From: the human T2T-CHM13v2.0 reference genome, Homo sapiens
Reading direction: 5' to 3' (one strand)
DNA: 64,000 nt
Assembly (NCBI RefSeq): GCF_009914755.1
Contig: NC_060936.1
The position numbers and the translations under genes were made by a program. Under the pieces are notes generated by a model. The model was not told the DNA's origin, ran no database searches, and was given only the letters and a program-made list of their open reading frames with translations. Positions within the stretch are counted from its first letter, which is position 1. The number at the start of each line of letters is the position of its first letter. This document shows positions 54,473 through 64,000 of the stretch, one piece after another.

Positions 54473-57157
54473 ATTGCTTTTGTCTTGCAATTCTGCTAAG
54501 ATATAGAAAATTTAGAGGTTTGCTTTTGGTTCTTCTTATGTAATTGGCCTGCCATAATTATATTATAAAGAACCTGTTGTGGATATTTAAAGAGTTGTTA
54601 AAAATGACTATTCCCAATTTTGCCATAAGAGAGTTTTGCAAATTCACTGGACTCAAATTTTACTTATCATATGACCTCAAGCTTTCCCCAATAAAGATTT
54701 ATTTCCTTGGAGATTTTAAGGGGCTAATAAGGAAATGGTTCTAGAAACCTCCAAATATTCTGGATATTTCCTCTCACTGAGAACAGAGGTACACAATTAA
54801 ATGGCTACAGATAATTTTGGTAAAGGTTTGATTGAAAACATATTGTCTATACTTTTAATAGTATTGCCATTTATTCCTCAAATGAATTTAAATTTTCAAT
54901 AATAGAGTAATTATTTGGTAATTGGCTTGGTTTTGGAAACTTACTGAGAGTCTCAACACCCGATTGTATTGACTCAATTCATTTTTTTGCTTACCAGGCC
55001 TAGAATTTTTCGGAGTCAGTACAAGTAATATTTTAGTAAGCTGTCTATCCATTTTATTCAAGACACAAGGTGACAATGTATAACCAAAGATCCTTATGGG
55101 TCAAAATAGTCTAATTGCTATTCAGTCCTACTTCTCATTATGGCAATTTCAAGCATCTGGTTTTTAAGCATTGCCCCTTGGCTTCTAACTCTGCATTTAC
55201 ATAATTTTCATTGAAATCAAGGAGATTATTCAATGGCATCAACTCCCTTTATTTTGACATTCAGAAATAACCACAGCAGAGGTTTTCAAGGATGTGTTTT
55301 TTTCTCTCAGTAAGGCTTTTCTGAATGCCTTAGTTAAAGAAATGCAACTCTAAGCTTTCCCAAGGACATAGTGGGAAGGTAAATCTGTGATTCACAGTAC
55401 CACCTCTTGGTTCTCTAAACGTTTAGAGTCTTTTATTTATAATATTTAATGGAAGTTCTAGCCTCAATATTATTGAATGAAGATCATATTGAAACCAAGT
55501 TTTAGTCAATCAACTAAGACAACTATGAAAACCCCTCTGAGTTGCTCAAGATAATATATTACATTCAAATCTCTTCTTATGTACCAATAAGGGTACATAA
55601 GGTTTATTATGGGAGTTCATTCCATTTTTTTTACTCTAGTACTCTAAATCTGCATTTTATGAATATATTATGCATATGATAATTATATATATCTTTAATA
55701 TAATATTTTGAAAACATTTTAGAATATTAGCCATCTCCTCTCATGTTAGATATTAGCAAGAAGAAATTGATTGTAGTCATGAGTATGAAGACAGTGAGTG
55801 GTGTTTAAAATGACCATCACTATACATAAAACTGGAATCACTAAAAGATGAGGCATAGTTCAATGATCCCGTCCCAAAGGGAGGGTAAGGGCGAGACTGA
55901 GAGAGATAGAAACAGAGTTAGATCGTTTTGCACTTCTTCTAATTTTCTGATCTTTCATGTGTCTTTTACTGAAAAATCTAGCAGTGACGCAGATAATAAG
56001 AAGCATAGGAAATGTAGCCCCAATAAAATGGAACAGTGTGGGAATCTAGAAAGATACATATGGAGCAGAAACACAACAGGCAGTTACCTCATCATATCCA
56101 CAAGCAACAGATTTATGGTCAATTGTATCTCATGCTAGGAGACAGGAAATAAACATGTTCTCAGATCTAAATAATAAACAATGTTGATTAACATTGTTAA
56201 AGGGATCACCATTCAATGTTCTGATAAATCTTGTTGAGTCCCAGTTACAACTTGGCAGTAAAATTCCTATGCTATTGATTATGAAAATACTGAGATAATA
56301 GAAATAATTTATTAGAAGGCAGAAATAAAGAAGCATTGCAATTCAATCCTTTATACACATAAAGTGTTGATGCAAATGCTTGTATAGTTTTATCATGAGA
56401 AAATAGAGATTTGAAAAGTTGCTGTTTGTTGCAATACCTTCCATACAATTTTTAGGTTATCAGAATTGTTTTAGGTATGTGGGAGTACTGCCCCTCAATG
56501 TTTCTTCCAATAACATGGCACAATTTACTAGACAAATACAAATAAATATTATATTCTAAGTTGTTAATTACATTTTGTGGGCAGACACCATCTATTTGTC
56601 AACTAATTCTACCAGAATTCTCAACATAGTGGCTTGCATGTCTTAAGTGCTTCATAATATTACTGAGTCAACAAACGCACAGATGGATATATATTGTCCA
56701 ACTTTTCTAGCAACTAACCATATTTCAAAGATTCTGAATAAAAGGATATTTCTAGGCAACTATAGTATAAGTGAGAAGGAGTTAAGTAGAAATTATACAA
56801 TAAAAATGAAATCATTATATTTTAAGTATCCCAGGCTGCTCTTTTCTCTACCAGAACCAGTCAAGTCTCAAGGTTTTATTAGATAACCCTTCATGCTAAT
56901 TTTGGATATGAAGAGACTAAGGCTACTTTAAGCATACACATTGATTTTTGATGCAATCAGGAAGGTTGACTATACCATTTATTTATATCTGAATCCACTA
57001 TTGGTTCTATATAAACATTCTTCTAAGAACTTAATATATTTCTCGCATATTTCTTCTTAAAGCCAACACATTTTTAGCAACATAATGTTATTTACATATC
57101 TACTTATTGAATCCAACTGAATTTCTATTCATAAATGTGTTAAGTATCTATTACTAC

Positions 57158-57577
57158 TATATTAGCCCATTTTGCATTGCTATAAATAAATACCTGAGCC
57201 TGGGTAATTAATAAAGAAAAGTGATTTATTTGGCTCACCGTTTTTTAGGCTATGCAAGCATTGTATCAGCAACTGCTTAACTTCTGGTAAAGCCTCAGGA
57301 AACTTTATGGCAGAAGGCAAAGGGGGAGAGGCTTGCCACATAGTGAGACAGGGAGCAAGAGAGAGAGAGCAAGAAAGAGATGCCAGGATCTTTTAAAGAA
57401 CCAAATCTTGCATAAATTCATAGAGCAAGAACTCACCCATTACTGCACGGAGGGCACCAAGCCATTCATGAAGAATCCACTCCCATGACCCAAACACCTC
57501 CCATCAGGCCCCACCTCCAACATTGGGATTACATTTCAACAAGAGATTTGGAGGGGGAAAATATTCAAACTGTATCA
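57158..57577 (-). mobile_element. MSTB-like solo LTR
   Basis: tattagcccattttgcattgctataaa..gcaccaagccattcatga..ggccccacctccaaca..atattcaaactgtatca. TSD actac/gctac. Confidence 0.9.
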
Positions 57578-57922
57578 GCTACATAACAAGTTACTTTAAA
57601 TTAGTGGCTTAAAACAACACATATTTTATTAACAGTAGAGAAAAACAGTGAAGGATGAAGCATCAGAAATCCATCTCTCAATTTTTACAACAAATACATT
57701 GTCAAAAATCGTCTGAAGTGATTATTGAAAGCTCTGGAATATTTTTATACATTTCAGCATTAAAAGGACAACTTGCATGGTAAAGTGCAATTTATTTCTG
57801 TCAATTGTACCAATCAGAGTGGCACTGCTATCTATCATACCACCCCTGCAGCCTGTGGCAGGCAGCCTTGGGGGCAAAAACATAGTCTCTGTTGAAGTCT
57901 ACTGGAGCCAGGTGAACAATAA

Positions 57923-58311
<389 letters not shown>

Positions 58312-60004
58312 TGATTGCAGAGGTGTATACACAGCGGTGGGCTGCCATTGTTGACATTTACCAGCTGAAACAACTTACAGGAGATTTAAAGCAACAGAAC
58401 ATTTTTCGATTTGAGACATTCAGAAATGAACACAAACATGGGAGTATTTAGAAAATACCACATATGCCTATAAAAAGATTCAGCTCAGAAAAAACCTGAG
58501 AAGACCTTAAGTTTTCACCTCAGATTGATAGGCTCAGCACAGAGATACCCTACAATAATTAAAAATAATAACACTAACATCAGGAAGATTCAATTTTCAG
58601 ATTCTACATAAAAGAGTTAAATTTCCAATTTTCAACAAAAGTCACAAGACATATAATGAAAGAGAAAAAACGGCCCATTCAAGGGATCAAAATAAATCAA
58701 CAGAGAATGTACCTAAAGAAGTTCAGTCATTGAACTTATTAGACAAAGACTTTAAAGTAGCTGTCTTAAAAATGCTCAAAGAGATAAAGGAGGGCATGGA
58801 CAAAGACAGGAAGACAATGTGTAAACAAAACGAGAACTCAATAAAGAGTGAAACATTATAAAAAGGGCTAAAAATATTATGAAAAGAGCAAGAACAGAAA
58901 TGAAAATTGCATCAGAGAGTTTCAAAAGCAGTTCTGAGCATACAGAAGAAAGAACTGACAAACTTGAATATAGGAAAATGGAAATTGAAATCTAAGGAAG
59001 AGAAAGAAGATATGAATAAAAAAAGCAAACAAAGCCTAAAGGACTTGGGAGATAACTCAAGAATTAACAAACACTGTAAGAATATCAGCAGAAAAGTAAA
59101 AAAAAAAAATGAGAGGGCACAAAGGATCTTTGAAAAAATAATAGCTGAACACTTCTTAAATTTTTGACAAAAGACATGAATCTACAAATGTAAGAAGCTC
59201 AACAAATTCCAAGTAGCATAAACTCAAAGAGACTCACATTCGGACACATTATAATCAAACTTCAGAAAGCCAAACGAAAGAAAGAAAAAATAAAATAAAA
59301 TAAAATTTTGAAAGCAGTAAGAGAGAATTGTTTCATCATCTACAACTGGTTCACAGTTTATTTCCCATCAGAAATCTTGGAGGCTAGAAAGTAGGTTGAT
59401 ATATTCAAATTGCCTAAAGAAAGTCTTTCAACTAAGAATCCTATATTTAGAAAAACTATCCTTTAAAAATAAGGGAGAAATGATGATGTCCCAGATAAAA
59501 GGTGAGGGAGTTTATTACCACTAGACCTTCTTGGCAGGAAATTATAAAGGGAGTCCTTTAGGTTCAAATGAAAAGGTAGCAAACAGTATTTAAAAGCATT
59601 ATTAAAAGTAATGGTCTCCAGTAAAGGCTAACCTGGGATAATTAAAAAATCTGCATTATTGCAATTTTGCACTTAACTGTACTTTTTATTTTCTATATGC
59701 TTTAAAAGACAAATGCATTAAATTGTTTGTACACTGATGTTCATAGCAAAATTATTTACTGTATTCAAAAAATGAAAACAACCTAAGTATCCATTAATGG
59801 ATGAAAAGATAAATATGATATATACATATAATGGAATATTACCCAGCCATAAAAAATAATTAAAGTTTAACACAGTACAACATAGATGGAAGATGAAATC
59901 ATGTTTAGTGAAATAAGCCAGACATAGAGGATAAATACTGTATAATTCCTCTTATATGAGGTACCTATAATAGGCAAATTTATAGAAACAGTAGAATAGA
60001 AGTT

Positions 60005-60298
<294 letters not shown>

Positions 60299-60390
60299 GT
60301 TACTGGGATATCAGGGGTAAGGAGGATTTATTGTTTAATGGGTACCAACTTTTTTGAAGGATGATAAAAACAATTTTGGATTTAAATAGT

Positions 60391-60765
60391 TGTGTTAGTC
60401 TACTCTCCCACTGCTGATAAAAACACATCTGAGACTAGGTAATTTATAAAGGAAAGAGGTTCAGCTGACTCACAGTTCAGCATGGCTAGGGAAGCCTCAA
60501 GAAACATACAATCATGGCAGAAGGGGAAGCAAACACGTCCTTCTTCAGATGGCAACAGTAAGGCGGAGTGCCCAGCAAAAGGAAGAAAAGCCCCTTATAA
60601 AATCACTATATCTCATGAGAACTCATTCACTATCACAGTACAGCATGGAGGTAAACACCCCCATGATTCAATTACCTCCCACCAGTTCTCTCCCATGACA
60701 CATATGGATTATGGAAACTACAATTCAAGATGAGATTTGGGTGGAGACACAGCCAAACCATATCA
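60391..60765 (-). mobile_element. THE1C/D solo LTR
   Basis: ggtaatttataaaggaaagagg..caattcaagatgagatttgggtggagacacagccaaaccatatca. Perfect TSD atagt at 60386-60390 and 60766-60770. Confidence 0.95.
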
Positions 60766-62996
60766 ATAGTAGTAATTCACAACATTGTGAATGTATATAA
60801 TGCCATCTAATTGTACACTTATGAATGGTTAAAAAGATAAACATTATATATATATATTTTTTACCACAATAAAACAACAAAAGCAACACATGTTTATTAT
60901 TTCCTGATTTCTGTGGATCAGGAATAAAGGCCAAATTTAGATAGGCCTTCTGCTTCAGAGTCTTTCAAAAGAGTGCAATCAATGCATTTTCTAGAACTAA
61001 GGACTCATCTGAAAGTTCTACCGGGTAGAAATCTGCTTTGACATTTACTTACGTGGTTGTCCACTGGGCCAGCTCCTTGAGAGCTGTTAAATTGGGAGAC
61101 TTAGTTCCTCATTGGTGAGTGGCCCATTCTCACTTCCTTGCTACATGGGCCTTCCCAACATGGCAGATTGCTTCAGCAAAGCCAGGAAGAAAGATAGAAA
61201 TTACAATCTCTTATATCCTAATTACAGGAGTGAAATCTCATCACTTTTGTCATATTACCTTGGTTAAAATTAAATCACTAAGTAGAGCCAACAATCAGAT
61301 GAAGAGGATTACACAAGCATGAAAACAGTAGGAAGTAGGGGTCATTGGGCACCATCTTAGAAGTCAGCTTGCTACAAGAGATTGTTATCAGATGAAACCA
61401 CAACATCTGGATGTAAATTATTAATATCACACTTTTGTATTACCACACAGTACCAAATCAAATATTTCTAAATAGTTGGCAATATGTTGCCAAAAATTGA
61501 GATGATTGTCTTAAAATATTCACCCGTATTCTGTATTTTTCTGGCACTGCAAAACAAAGACACAAAGATAAATATATTTATTTTGATACTTCCACCATTT
61601 GTTTTTGAAATATGGGAGAATTTTGCATGTCAGCTTATATAAATGACATTTTTGAAAGATGTTCAAACTATCTGGCCTTCTGAGAATCTGATTGCTTTAT
61701 TATTGAACATCAATACCTTTCTTCCAACAATTTGACATGCCATTAATTGTGACTGTAAATCTTTGCTAGATCCTTGTAGAATTGTAATTGATGCCTAATG
61801 GCATCTAGCTAGTGCCTAAACTGTTTATCAATAAAGTTAATTCAGCCTTTGAAGAATATATAAATAAATGTGAATGTGTATGAATGAATGCATATATAAT
61901 TTGTGCACCAAAATAGGCTGATGCTTTCTAAGAAAAACAGTGGCAAATCCTAAAACTCTGCCTAGTTCTTAGTAAAATAAAACTTTCTCATCTTACCTGG
62001 CCTCTCAGCTCTGAGTAAATTGGCTAATTTACTCATATTCCCTTAAGAATAATAACAGACATGTCATAGATGTCTATCAAGAGCCTGCACAGGACTAAAT
62101 CCTGCTTTCAGTATCAGAAAGTCCAACTTATATTAAAATGGATACTAAGACAACATAACATTATAGGAATTTACTGCATCTGGTGTGGAGTTGGGTAGGA
62201 AATAAGAAGGGCATAGAAAGTTTGATAAAACACTTCACCTTACCAAATAAATGTAATAGAGGCTTCTGATTTAACACAAATAACAACAACAAAAACTCAG
62301 GTTGAATATGTGTCTTTGGGATAATTGTTCAACAAATTCAACATTTACACTATTAGTGTTATTTCCCTTCTCCTAATCACCCCTCTGTTCTTCTTTAGAA
62401 TCTGTAATACTACTAATCTATTACTACTACAGGTCTCTCAAGGACACAGTGATATTTTTTATTTTTTTTTATTGCTATTCTGGTAAGGTAGAGAACTTTC
62501 AGAGGCTTCCACATAATCTTTCCTAATTTACAGTCCTCATGAGAGTATGAAATATTAATGGTATTTGGTGACTGAGTCAATTCCAAGCCTGTGTTTAAAC
62601 ACCTTGAAACTTTGGAATTTCTCTTTACCCAGTACACAGTCATTCTGGAAATAGTCTTATGTTTCTTTATGAAAAGGCTGGGAGAACAATTTACAGTAAG
62701 TAATTGTGGAAGGATTTCAGGATCCTGCTTAGAGTGACCTCGTCTTATTGCTCGTCAAAGAATTCCAAGTATATGAAGTGACTCAGTGTCATTGAAGTAT
62801 AGTTCTTAGGAATACAAGAACTGAGACCAATCGTGTTAGTTTAAACTGGCTTTGCAACTCATAGGTTGGGTAAGTTTGGGCAAATAACGTTCCTGTGAAA
62901 CTATTCCTCATTAATAAAGCAGGATACTTGAACATCTATCTCCAAGATTTGTTGTGAGAATTAAACAAATTAAGAGAATTAAACAAGTTAAGAAAT

Positions 62997-63433
<437 letters not shown>

Positions 63434-63654
63434 TCAAACTTTAAATCGTCCTATGGTCCCTAAGTTTTTCACTCAAATATTCTTTCCTTTTTCTTTGACT
63501 TGGATGTAGATTTCCACTGAGAGCTGATAACTGTACATGATTTTACAGGGTCTCTCTCCATTTTTTCCCACTAGCATTTAACTTAATAAAACCCTTGCTC
63601 ATTTAATTCTGTCTTGATGTCTGCTTCTCAGAGAGTACGTAGCAAAGGGCATGA

Positions 63655-64000
63655 TTAACTAGAAAGCAGGCTCTGAGACAGAGAGTAGCATTCATTAAGC
63701 TTATCAGGGGGTGCTCTTGTATATCTGTGAAGAAATTAAAGGGAGAATACCTGGAGAGAGGAAGAATTTGGACTGTGTGGCAGTATCAACAAAGTTCTCA
63801 CCAGAACCCATGAGGAACTCACAATGTGAGCAGGCTCTTTTCATGTGTCCCAGTTTGGAATTGGTGGCTAGATTTTATACCTTTGCATTTGTCAGTAATT
63901 GCATGCAAAACTCTCTAGGAATGCGGTATGGCGTTAGGCAAAGCAGCTTACTCTACCCAGGGACAACTCCCAGATACGGCTGAAGGCTGAGGGCTGTTAG
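63655..64000 (-). mobile_element. ERVL LTR (LTR33-like), running off the window end
   Basis: aagcaggctctgagacagaga..gggggtgctctt..tcaacaaag..ggctgaaggctgagggctgttag; same family pattern as 23655-24083. Confidence 0.6.

Noticed and set aside
55576-55601. Perfect 10-bp inverted repeat cttatgtacc-N6-ggtacataag
   Set aside because: A stem this short is expected by chance in 64 kb of AT-rich DNA; too short for a pre-miRNA and lacking other context.

Overview
AT-rich primate, almost certainly human, non-coding genomic DNA (intergenic or deep intronic). It is dominated by interspersed repeats: AluJ/S/Y, old L1M fragments, one very young human-lineage L1, MaLR/ERV1/ERVL LTRs, hAT DNA-transposon fossils, MIR and L2. 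I can support no intact protein-coding gene, and nearly all listed ORFs are chance or repeat-derived. The one gene-derived feature is a 5'-truncated, intronless, multiply disabled RAB2A processed pseudogene with about 1.15 kb of 3'UTR (about 48438-50045), which the ORF track misses. I found no evidence of a new multi-gene biological system. The best leads are mechanistic genome fossils. (1) A young L1 (ACG/A type) with a 23-bp twin-priming inversion, microhomology and a 14-bp TSD. (2) An ORF2-less but TSD-flanked L1MB inside a multi-layer nested transposon stack. (3) A local duplication spanning a Charlie1/MLT1D junction. (4) A templated palindromic insertion in the pseudogene. (5) A few candidate cryptic exons. 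Repeat subfamily names come from recalled consensus sequences rather than a database search, and boundaries of old repeats are approximate.
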